Source: Bacillota bacterium
GTDB lineage: Bacteria; Bacillota; Clostridia; Peptostreptococcales; Anaerovoracaceae
DNA: 64,000 nucleotides
Assembly (NCBI GenBank): GCA_016293805.1
Contig: JAEDDI010000002.1
Span: forward strand, 18,653-82,652
Direction of reading: 5' to 3'
The position numbers were made by a program, and so were the translations under genes. Under the pieces are notes generated by a model. It was not told the DNA's origin. It saw nothing but the letters and a program-made list of their open reading frames with translations, and ran no database searches. This document shows positions 26,343 through 34,426 of this stretch, piece after piece (position 1 is the first letter of the stretch; each line of letters opens with the position of its first letter).

Positions 26343-26978
26343 ATGACAATGACTGCATTCATATTCGTGCTGGAACTCATCGGCGCATGTGCATTCGCCA
26401 TATCCGGCGCTTTCGTAGGAATCCGAAAGAATCTCGATATATTCGGAGTATGTATTATGGGGCTTTCAACAGCCGTTGGGGGAGGTATACTCCGTGATAT
26501 TATTCTCGGAACAACTCCTCCTGTGATGTTCACAAACCCGATTTACGCCATCGTCGCACTTCTTACATGTGTAATCGTATTCAGCTCCAGGGTCAGAAGA
26601 TTCATAGACAAACGTTATGTACTTCTGATGTTTTTCGATGCAATAGGCCTTGGCATATTCACTGTGTCAGGAGCTATGAGAGCGTATGAGGTAACAGCCA
26701 GCTCCAACATATTCCTTGCCGTATTTGTCGGCGTTATAACAGGGGCGGGCGGAGGACTTCTTAGAGACATGATGGCAAACGAAACCCCTTACATATTCAC
26801 AAAACACATATACGCCACGGCATCCATCGCAGGAGGCATACTATTCTGTATCCTCTTCCCTCTAACCGGCAGATATACTGCAATGATGGCAGGTGCATTC
26901 TTCATAGTCATTCTGAGAATGCTCGCTATGCACTATCGATGGAGCCTTCCTAAACTCGAAAAAAATACGGCAGACTGA
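26343..26978 (+). CDS. UPF0126/YadS-type (TRIC-like, 'glycine transporter' domain) membrane protein
   Basis: Duplicated UPF0126 repeats (GGGxLRD twice: GGGILRDIILG and GGGLLRDMMAN). Start refined to ATG 26343, preceded by GGAGGT. Confidence 0.8.
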   Translation: MTMTAFIFVLELIGACAFAISGAFVGIRKNLDIFGVCIMGLSTAVGGGILRDIILGTTPPVMFTNPIYAIVALLTCVIVFSSRVRRFIDKRYVLLMFFDAIGLGIFTVSGAMRAYEVTASSNIFLAVFVGVITGAGGGLLRDMMANETPYIFTKHIYATASIAGGILFCILFPLTGRYTAMMAGAFFIVILRMLAMHYRWSLPKLEKNTAD

Positions 26979-26996
26979 TCTGCCGTATTTCTTTAT

Positions 26997-28469
26997 CTAT
27001 CTTTCTTCAGTTGTTTCCGGAATCTGTTTTCTGACTTTTCCTTTTCTTCCCAGTCTCTTTCCGTCAGCCCCTGCAACTGTTAATCCTGCACATGCAAGTG
27101 CGAAAGTTATAACAGGCATGAGCCAGTTGAAAAATGCGAACGGCAGATACGATACTGTCGAAATTCCAAGAGTTGCAAAGATGAACACACCGCATGTATT
27201 CCACGGAATAAGTGCCGATGTCACTGTGCCTGAACTTTCCAGAGCATTAGATAATGTCTTGGGATGAAGACCCTGTTCTCTGTATGCCTCAGCATACATC
27301 CTGCCCGGCACAACTATCGAAATATACTGTTCAGGCATGGTCGCATTTGAAAGAACACATGTAAGCTCTGTGGTGCCGACAAGCGCAGCAGGTGATTTTG
27401 CCAGAGCTATTATTCTGTTTACAACAACCTCCAGCTGTCCTGTCTTCTCCATTATTCCGCCGAACATCATTGCAATAAGGGTAAGTGAAACCGAACTCAG
27501 CATATTCTCTATGCCTCCTGTAGTAAGAAGCGAGTCGATTGCTTCTATTCCTGTATCACTTACATATCCGCTCATTCCGGCCTCAAGAAGTACTCCAAGT
27601 CCGCAGTCAGCGCCCTGAAAAACAGGTCCCAGAAGTGCCCCGGCTATAATGCCGAGTGTTATTCCCGGAATTGCCGGAATCTTGAATGCAACAGCAAGTA
27701 TTACGATAAGAGGCGGAAGCAAAAGTACAGGGCTTAAGCAAAATTCCGATGCAAGAGCGCTGCTCATGTCTGAAACAGCTGACATATCAGCAGCATTTCC
27801 GCTGTGAACATATATACCGCCTAAAATTCCGAATATTATAAGTGTGAGACCGTATGCTATTCCTGTAGGAAGAAGCATAAACTTCACGTGTGTCATTACA
27901 TCTGTTCCTGCCATGGCCGGTGCCAGATTTGTAGTATCTGAAAGCGGTGACATCTTGTCTCCGAAATATGCACCGGATATAATCGCACCTGCAGCCATAG
28001 GTGCAGGGATATCAAGCCCGACAGCTATGCCCATAAGGGCAAGACCCATTGTTCCCATTGTTCCCCAGCTTGTTCCTGTTGCAAGAGAAGTAACTGAACA
28101 TATAAGTACAGCCGCTACAAGGAATATTGATGGTGACAAAAGTTTGAGTCCGTAGTAGATCATTGCGGGAACAACTCCCGATACAATCCAGACACCGATA
28201 AGAACTCCAACTATCATCAGGATGATTGCCGCCTGAAGAGCATTGTATATACCATCCATCATAGCTTTCTCAATCGTCTCCCATTTGAATCCGAGCCAAA
28301 GCGCCATTAGTGCCGCCGCTATAACTCCGCAGAACATCGGCACGTGTACATTTGATCCGTATACTATAATTCCAACTGACATTATTGCTATCAGCACACC
28401 AAATACAATAAGTGCATGATACACTTTTGGCTGACGTGGCTGCCTATCCGGCTTCTTTTCTTTAACCAT
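26997..28469 (-). CDS. nhaC: NhaC-family Na+/H+ antiporter (intact)
   Basis: 490 aa, polytopic, with NhaC-type sequence throughout. Confidence 0.85.
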   Translation of the reverse strand: MVKEKKPDRQPRQPKVYHALIVFGVLIAIMSVGIIVYGSNVHVPMFCGVIAAALMALWLGFKWETIEKAMMDGIYNALQAAIILMIVGVLIGVWIVSGVVPAMIYYGLKLLSPSIFLVAAVLICSVTSLATGTSWGTMGTMGLALMGIAVGLDIPAPMAAGAIISGAYFGDKMSPLSDTTNLAPAMAGTDVMTHVKFMLLPTGIAYGLTLIIFGILGGIYVHSGNAADMSAVSDMSSALASEFCLSPVLLLPPLIVILAVAFKIPAIPGITLGIIAGALLGPVFQGADCGLGVLLEAGMSGYVSDTGIEAIDSLLTTGGIENMLSSVSLTLIAMMFGGIMEKTGQLEVVVNRIIALAKSPAALVGTTELTCVLSNATMPEQYISIVVPGRMYAEAYREQGLHPKTLSNALESSGTVTSALIPWNTCGVFIFATLGISTVSYLPFAFFNWLMPVITFALACAGLTVAGADGKRLGRKGKVRKQIPETTEER

Positions 28470-28500
28470 TAATCTGTCTCCTATAATATAAATCCTGTCC

Positions 28501-28529
28501 AGTATACCTCACTCTGCATAAAAAGTCAA
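28501..28529 (-). promoter_or_regulatory. candidate nhaC promoter (TTGACT-N17-TATACT)
   Basis: Minus strand: TTGACT (28529..28524), a 17-nt spacer, TATACT (28506..28501). Confidence 0.4.
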
Positions 28530-28603
28530 GAAGTTTGCATATTTATTCACATTGTGAATATAAAATAAAGCAGCACCGCCATTTTCAGCGGAACTGCTTC
28601 AAT

Positions 28604-29326
28604 TTACTTTATTCCGTTTCTAACCGTCTCCTCTACCTGCTCAGGGAGTCTGTTCTGCTGCTCTCTGTCGAGGTTCGCAGTCTGAATTGCAGGATGAATC
28701 ACTACTTTTACTTTTGTCCCGGTTATTTTTCCTGTAGCCTCAAACACCCTGTATGTGCCGTTAATCGATACAGGAATCACAGGAACCTTCGGCTTCAAAG
28801 CAAGCTTGAAACTTCCCTTGTGGAATTCCCCCATCTCCTCTGATCTGCTTCTTGTTCCCTCAGGAAATATGCACAGTGAAAATCCCTTTTTTATAAGATC
28901 TATTCCTTCGAATATTGATCTTACAGATGCCTTGGTATCATCTCTGTTCATAAGAACGCTTCTGATATCCAGTATCGCCTTGCCGTAAAGAGGTATGCGT
29001 CTCAGTTCCTCCTTGGCAACAAATCCGAACTGGAATCTGTCCAGCACGGCACACATTACAGGAATATCCGCATATCCCTGATGATTTGCTATGAACACTG
29101 CAGGTCCGCTGTCAGGAAGATTTTCCCTTCCTTCCACATCAATTTCTATTCCAAGTTCCCTGCACAGATTCTTGCCCCAGTCACTTGTGGATTTAAGAAT
29201 GTATTTTCTTTCTGTTTCATAATCTTCTTTTTCTCTTGCGTCAAATATCTCTTTTTTGTTTTTCTGAAACCATTTAAGTGCTGCTAAAATCTTGATTCCC
29301 GGCACTGCATTACCTAGTATTCTCAT
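28604..29326 (-). CDS. plsC: 1-acyl-sn-glycerol-3-phosphate acyltransferase
   Basis: 240 aa. HxxxxD box (ANHQGYADI) and FPEGTRS motif. Confidence 0.85.
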   Translation of the reverse strand: MRILGNAVPGIKILAALKWFQKNKKEIFDAREKEDYETERKYILKSTSDWGKNLCRELGIEIDVEGRENLPDSGPAVFIANHQGYADIPVMCAVLDRFQFGFVAKEELRRIPLYGKAILDIRSVLMNRDDTKASVRSIFEGIDLIKKGFSLCIFPEGTRSRSEEMGEFHKGSFKLALKPKVPVIPVSINGTYRVFEATGKITGTKVKVVIHPAIQTANLDREQQNRLPEQVEETVRNGIK

Positions 29327-29400
29327 GTTGACCTCTCCTTTATTATTCAGATTATACCATGATTATGCTATAATGAAAACATATCAGAAAGGCATAAAAT

Positions 29401-29946
29401 ATGGAATATATCAAACTTACTGTTTCAGCAGACATCAGCACAGATGAATACATCAGGGATTATGTTAATATTGAGGAGTTTCTTGGTTTCTGCAGGCAGT
29501 GTCCAAACTACGGCAAAGTCTGGTCCTGCCCTCCATATGACTTTGACCCTATGGAAATATGGAGAAGATATGACCTGCTTCACATCGAGGGAACAGTTAT
29601 AAAGTTGCCGGAGGAAGAAGTCTGTATCAAAAGAACCCCGGAAGAAATACGGAGAATTGAAGATGAGATTCTGATGGCCGAAAAGTCACTTCTGTCTGAA
29701 AGGCTTTACATAATGGAGGATGAAAATTCACTCAGTCTGTCAGCCGGATGCTGCACGCTCTGCACCGGATGCACAAGACCTTCAGGAAAAGAATGCAGAC
29801 ATGCGGATAAAATGCGCTACTCTCTCGAATCTCTCGGTGCGAATGTCGGGCTGACATGTTCAAAACTTCTTGGAGTTACTCTTGAATGGGTTGCTGAGAA
29901 TCATCTTCCGCATCAGATATGCCTTATATCAGGACTGCTGAAATAG
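29401..29946 (+). CDS. DUF2284-type Cys-rich metal-binding protein
   Basis: 181 aa. CRQCPNYGKVWSCPP and CxxCxxC motifs. Confidence 0.6.
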   Translation: MEYIKLTVSADISTDEYIRDYVNIEEFLGFCRQCPNYGKVWSCPPYDFDPMEIWRRYDLLHIEGTVIKLPEEEVCIKRTPEEIRRIEDEILMAEKSLLSERLYIMEDENSLSLSAGCCTLCTGCTRPSGKECRHADKMRYSLESLGANVGLTCSKLLGVTLEWVAENHLPHQICLISGLLK

Positions 29947-29976
29947 CTGCCGTATCCGGCAGCTATTCTTAGTATT

Positions 29977-31959
29977 CTATTCTGTTGTCGAAAGAATTGT
30001 ATCATATTTTTCAATCTGGCTCACCTTCAGTTCACCTGCTGCATTCGGATCAACTTTCTGTTCAAGTGCCAGCAGCGTAGGACTCAGGAAAGTGGTATCA
30101 AGTTTTTCCCCGTCTAAGGTAACATAGCTGTACTGGGTGAAATTCTGCCCCTTGATATAGTATCTGCTTCCAATCTTTACTATTTTGTCAATCCTGATAT
30201 CACGAAGCCCCATCTTCAAATCCGAAGCCTTCCATTCAGTTTCCCCGTATACATAACGCTTTCCGTAAAGCATATCATACCCTAGTGCTTTCAGATTCTT
30301 CTTGTAATCATCATCGTTATAGTAGTTCTGGTTGTATGAGACCAGCGTTCCGCTGTGTATTCCCAGTCTGTCCAGTACATAGGATCCTATCTGGTATGCA
30401 TATACATCGTGGTCTTCCTTCTCCATCTCAAAGTTCGACCAGATTACATACTGCGTCGCATAAAGCGAACCGCTCTTCATATCTTCCGCCTTCATATCGA
30501 GCGCAGGAAGATGGTCTCCGTACATGACAAGAACAACATCCTCGTCAAACTTCTCAAGCTCGGCAGTAAGGTTCTTTACAAAGTTATCCATGCTGTGAAC
30601 CATATTCACATAGTATTCATACTGCCACTTCTGCTCCTGGCTCGGCGCCTCTGTAACCTCTATCTCAGGATTCTGAATAAGCTGCTCTGTCGGATATTTT
30701 CCATGTCCCTCTACAGAAATTGTATATACGTAATCCTTTGTATCTGTAGATGTGAGCGCTTCCATTATCTCACCGATGAGCACATTGTCCTTCGCCCAGT
30801 TTTTAGGAGTTTTCTCTACATTATTCATGTATTCAAGAGCATCAAAATCATCAAATCCAAGATTTGCAAACACTTCATTCCGGTTATAGAATACTGCCCT
30901 GTGATTGTGAATGGCATGTGTTGAATATCCGAGTCTTTTAAGGTCAAAAGGAATACTCTCCATAGTCGTATCCCGAAGTACAGACTTGTACGGATACTCT
31001 CCGGGACCGAAGAATTTGGCGCTCATGCCTGTAATTGCCTCAAACTCCGTATTTGCAGTACCTGCGCCAACTGCAGGTACAATGAAGTACCCCGATGAAC
31101 ATTTATCAACAAGGCTCTTGAAATACGGCGCTGCGGTCTTAGAGGTTTCTATGCATCCGATAAGGTCCGGATCCACAAATGACTCAAGCTGAACAAAAAC
31201 AATATTAGGATGATCCTCTCTGCTTTCCTTCTCAGCAAGTTTATCCATGTTTTCAAGTTCACCGTTTCTGAATATGGACAGTATACTCTCCTCACTGTAA
31301 TCTTTCGGTTTTGAGATTCCTGTATTGAACCAAGTTGTAATGAAACTGTATACCACTCCGTTGTCAGCATATCCCTGTGCCAGGTTGCCAAAAAACGAGT
31401 CAACTATTCCTGCTCTGATACCGCCTGCCCACGAACCAGCTGTTACGGCAGCGATTATGATAAATACTGTGAGATTTCTCTTTATTCTGACTTTCGTCTT
31501 CTTTTTCGGTCCCTTAATGAAAAGGATTACAAATAATGCGGCGACAAGAACAATCCCTGCAGCCAGCATTACAATCTGAACCGTTGTAAGGTAATTGGTC
31601 AGAATTGAAACTCCGTCCTCAAGCATTGCAAGGTCGTTGATTGTGAACGGTGTCATTCTCTTGAGAAGAATAACTCCGTTAACCAGCCCGAGCGCTATCC
31701 AGATGACAGCGAATATTGAGAACACGAACACTCTTCTCCGAAAGAGGCTCGCTATTGAAAGCGTAAGAAATATAACCAGTGTATTTATTATAAATACAAG
31801 CGGACTTGTGAACATGAACACAACAGCCTGTATAAGGGAATGCCTGGCAAACGTCTCTATAAACAGTTCAAGTATCACGGCTGCCGCTGCAGTTACCGAA
31901 AGGCTGTTCACCCACGGTTTCTCTGCCAGTTTATTTATTGTCTCTTTAATCTTACCCAT
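29977..31959 (-). CDS. LTA synthase family protein (membrane-anchored sulfatase-fold)
   Basis: N-terminal TM bundle followed by an extracellular sulfatase-like domain (VQLESF, GTANTEFE, YGDHLP). Start refined to ATG 31959, which overlaps the rsmA stop (ATGGGTAA). Confidence 0.85.
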   Translation of the reverse strand: MGKIKETINKLAEKPWVNSLSVTAAAAVILELFIETFARHSLIQAVVFMFTSPLVFIINTLVIFLTLSIASLFRRRVFVFSIFAVIWIALGLVNGVILLKRMTPFTINDLAMLEDGVSILTNYLTTVQIVMLAAGIVLVAALFVILFIKGPKKKTKVRIKRNLTVFIIIAAVTAGSWAGGIRAGIVDSFFGNLAQGYADNGVVYSFITTWFNTGISKPKDYSEESILSIFRNGELENMDKLAEKESREDHPNIVFVQLESFVDPDLIGCIETSKTAAPYFKSLVDKCSSGYFIVPAVGAGTANTEFEAITGMSAKFFGPGEYPYKSVLRDTTMESIPFDLKRLGYSTHAIHNHRAVFYNRNEVFANLGFDDFDALEYMNNVEKTPKNWAKDNVLIGEIMEALTSTDTKDYVYTISVEGHGKYPTEQLIQNPEIEVTEAPSQEQKWQYEYYVNMVHSMDNFVKNLTAELEKFDEDVVLVMYGDHLPALDMKAEDMKSGSLYATQYVIWSNFEMEKEDHDVYAYQIGSYVLDRLGIHSGTLVSYNQNYYNDDDYKKNLKALGYDMLYGKRYVYGETEWKASDLKMGLRDIRIDKIVKIGSRYYIKGQNFTQYSYVTLDGEKLDTTFLSPTLLALEQKVDPNAAGELKVSQIEKYDTILSTTE

Positions 31960-32821
31960 TAAATCCTCCCTCTGAGATTGCTGAAGAAATGGCAGCAAAC
32001 TCTTCGAGACTGAGTGTCTCTGCTCTGCGAGAACCCTCTATGCCTGTCTCTTCCAAAACCTTCTTTATATCTTCCTTCGCAGTCCCTCCTGCCCCCACAA
32101 GAGAATTGGAGATTGTTTTTCTTCTCTGTCCAAATCCTTTTCTGATGCAGTCAAACAGAACTTTCGTATCTGGAACCTCCACACGCGGTTTTTCAAGTAC
32201 ATCAAACCTCAGCACTGCAGAATCAACCTTTGGACTTGGCACAAAAGCCTCCTTCGGCGCTCTTGCAATCTGTGTCACATCACAGTAATACTGCACCGCA
32301 AGAGATATAGCTCCTGCGTTCTTTGATCCTGCAGGCGCCTTGATTCTGTCTGCAACTTCCTTCTGCATCATACACGTTACAGATGCAGCCGGCACCCTGT
32401 CTTCCAGTATCTTCATTATTATCGGTGTAGTAATGTAATACGGCAGATTGCCGATAATCCTTATATTCGCATAGTCCTTATTTGCCTCAGCAATACCATT
32501 GAGATCAGTTTTCATAATATCCTGATTTATTACATTGAATTTATCATATCCCGAGAGCGTCTCCTGCAGAATCGGAATAAGTCTGGAATCTATCTCAACA
32601 GCTGTCACCGTCGCACCTATGTCAAGAATCTCCTTTGTGAGCACCCCTATGCCCGGACCGATTTCTATGACAAAGTCGTCAGGTCCTATTCCTGAGCCTT
32701 CCACAATTTTTTCAATAATATTTCTGTCCGTAAGAAAATTCTGTCCAAGCGACTTTGCAAACCTGAAATCATGCCTCGTCTTGATATCATTTATTGTCTG
32801 TGATGAATACAGTTTCATCAT
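31952..32821 (-). CDS. rsmA: 16S rRNA (adenine1518/1519-N6)-dimethyltransferase
   Basis: KSLGQNFL and EIGPGIGVLT motifs. Start placed at ATG 32821 (MMKLYSSQTINDIKTRHDFRFAKSLGQNFL). The 17-aa TTG-initiated extension in the track is probably not translated. Confidence 0.9.
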   Translation of the reverse strand: MMKLYSSQTINDIKTRHDFRFAKSLGQNFLTDRNIIEKIVEGSGIGPDDFVIEIGPGIGVLTKEILDIGATVTAVEIDSRLIPILQETLSGYDKFNVINQDIMKTDLNGIAEANKDYANIRIIGNLPYYITTPIIMKILEDRVPAASVTCMMQKEVADRIKAPAGSKNAGAISLAVQYYCDVTQIARAPKEAFVPSPKVDSAVLRFDVLEKPRVEVPDTKVLFDCIRKGFGQRRKTISNSLVGAGGTAKEDIKKVLEETGIEGSRRAETLSLEEFAAISSAISEGGFNG

Positions 32822-32886
32822 ATAGAACGGTCGGAGACCCGTGACTTTAGTCATGGGAGGAGACCGTAGCAATAGAATATTCTAAG

Positions 32887-34137
32887 CTAAGTCCCTTGTG
32901 CGACCTCTCTCCTTTCTGTTAAATATGTTTTTCTCTTCTCCAGTAGCTTAAGCTTTTTATGGCTTACTCCTGCTGAAAGCTTTGTTCCGTCAAGCGTTCT
33001 GATATCAAAGTAACCGTTACTTCTTCTGCCAAAAACGAAACACTCTTTACCTTTATACAACACCTTGTCAAAAAGCTGATATCCAGACACATACCTTGCC
33101 GCCTGGTTATTTTTCCTGTAGCCGCCCTTACTGATGGTCAGCTTATGTATCTGCCTGTTATGGCAGCGTACTTTCTTCTGGTAATAGTACTCCTTTGGAG
33201 GCTCTGCATTTGGATTTCCGCTGATGCATCTTGCGTCTGTGCGATGCGACTTCTCAAGTCCTGCACTGATTCTTGCATGTTTTGTGAGATATCCGTATGT
33301 CATTTTAACTTCAGGATATATTTCTTTAAGCGCCTCATACAGAGCCCATCGCATGACTCCCATAAAGGCGGCATCCCTAAATGACATGCCTCTTTTTATG
33401 GTCTTCGGCAGTTTTACAGTCCCTTGATGATACCCCGTATGGCATGTCTCACATAATGTGATCAGATTGTTTGGTGCATTGCCTCCGGTCCTTCTTGACT
33501 CTATGTGATGCACATTCAGCACTGAATCTTTGCTCTTTCCCATGCAGCACTGGCATGTGTGGCCATCGCGATACAGCACGTATTCCCTCACGTTCCAAAA
33601 GCCAAGCTGCTCGCCCTGCTGGTATTCTTCCCCGGCAATCTCCGGATTCTTAATCTTCAGAATATCAAACTGCGCTGTTTCAACTGTGATTTTGCTTACC
33701 GGAAGAATCTCATGCACATTCTCTATGACTCGAAGGTGTGTCTTTATCTTCTGCTGTACCGACGGGGCAAGCCATCCCTCAGGTCTTCTTCTGTTATCAA
33801 ACCTTGCCTTGCGATACCGGGTCTTTCGGTTTCGACGTGCCCGGCGCAGTTCTCTCCGCCCTGAAAGAAGCTTTACAATATCGTTTCTTAGCTCAACCTC
33901 GGCCTCATAAAGTACCTTATCTTCCGTCGCAGCAGATACTCCTATTACCTTGGAGCCTGCGTCAATCCCAAATGATACCGGCTGAACCTTCTCCTCAGCG
34001 TGATAGTTAAGCTTAATGGTAAACGGACAGCGATTTACTACTTTGGCTTTGCCGCTGCTTAGCATTCGCCTTACCTTGCCGAAACGCTGCGTCGGCATAA
34101 GTGGCTTTCCGTTATCGTTGATTACATATACCGGCAT
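32887..34137 (-). CDS. iscB: IscB-type RNA-guided endonuclease (RuvC + HNH, PLMP N-terminus)
   Basis: 416 aa from ATG 34137 (SD AAGGAGGAG 7 nt upstream). GKPLMPT; GIDAGSKVIGVS (Asp59); RRELRRARRNRKTRYRKARFDNRRRP; ITVETAQFD (Glu153); CQCC...NVHHIESRRTGGNAPNNLITLCETCH; SHRTDA (His298/Asp301); beta-rich C-terminal domain. Confidence 0.9.
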   Translation of the reverse strand: MPVYVINDNGKPLMPTQRFGKVRRMLSSGKAKVVNRCPFTIKLNYHAEEKVQPVSFGIDAGSKVIGVSAATEDKVLYEAEVELRNDIVKLLSGRRELRRARRNRKTRYRKARFDNRRRPEGWLAPSVQQKIKTHLRVIENVHEILPVSKITVETAQFDILKIKNPEIAGEEYQQGEQLGFWNVREYVLYRDGHTCQCCMGKSKDSVLNVHHIESRRTGGNAPNNLITLCETCHTGYHQGTVKLPKTIKRGMSFRDAAFMGVMRWALYEALKEIYPEVKMTYGYLTKHARISAGLEKSHRTDARCISGNPNAEPPKEYYYQKKVRCHNRQIHKLTISKGGYRKNNQAARYVSGYQLFDKVLYKGKECFVFGRRSNGYFDIRTLDGTKLSAGVSHKKLKLLEKRKTYLTERREVAQGT

Positions 34138-34426
34138 AACGTTTCTCCTCCTTAAGTGATTTTTTCTCTTTTGCTGCATTAATGCTGTAAGCCGGATGCA
34201 GCATCCGTAAGTTAGCCTTCGCCAATGTTATTGCAGGGTTTGACGAATGCAACACTGTTCCTACCCTTCAGAACTGTTTAATCACATTCCGTAGAGCACG
34301 GGACTAGGCTATAACATCCCGTGGTACCTATTTCCTGCATAACGTAGTGCTCTTGGCACTTAGGCTAGTCAACTAGGGCTGATAGAGTTTAATGCGCAGC
34401 ATTATTCTTCATACAAGCCCGCGACT
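34138..34426 (-). ncRNA. candidate omega-RNA (guide + scaffold) of IscB. Boundaries are unknown.
   Basis: 289 nt with no ORF of 60 aa or more on either strand, directly 5' of iscB, which is the canonical omega-RNA position. Hand-found helices: GCUGCGCAUUAA (34400..34389) with UUAAUGCAGC (34182..34173); AGAGCAC (34353..34347) with GUGCUCU (34299..34293); CGGAUGC/GCAUCCG around 34192..34206; AGGGU/ACCCU. Confidence 0.6.

Larger units (their letters stand above)
32822..34426 (-). mobile_element. TnpA-less IS200/IS605-like (OMEGA) element carrying iscB and its leader RNA. Ends are approximate.
   Basis: About 1.6 kb, made up only of iscB and its 289-nt non-coding leader. It fills the gap between rnmV and rsmA, which are usually adjacent. 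No transposase ORF is present. Exact LE/RE cannot be set without an empty-site comparison. Confidence 0.5.

Noticed and set aside
26058-26533. Two minus-strand ORFs (69 aa and 84 aa) in the CaCA/UPF0126 intergenic region
   Set aside because: They overlap the glycine riboswitch and the 5' end of the UPF0126 gene in antisense. The region is better explained by the conserved riboswitch cores on the plus strand.
28544-28560. Perfect palindrome TATTCACA-T-TGTGAATA upstream of the nhaC -35 box
   Set aside because: It could be a regulator site, but it does not match any box I can name with confidence; its half-site orientation is the reverse of Rex/CRP-type TGTGA…TCACA sites. It is too short to exclude chance in AT-rich intergenic DNA.
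34138-34426. tRNA, tmRNA or small protein gene in the rnmV-iscB gap
   Set aside because: No cloverleaf with a GTTCGAATC-type T-arm and no CCA-proximal acceptor stem could be folded. No ORF with an SD is present. The position and helices fit an IscB omega-RNA better.
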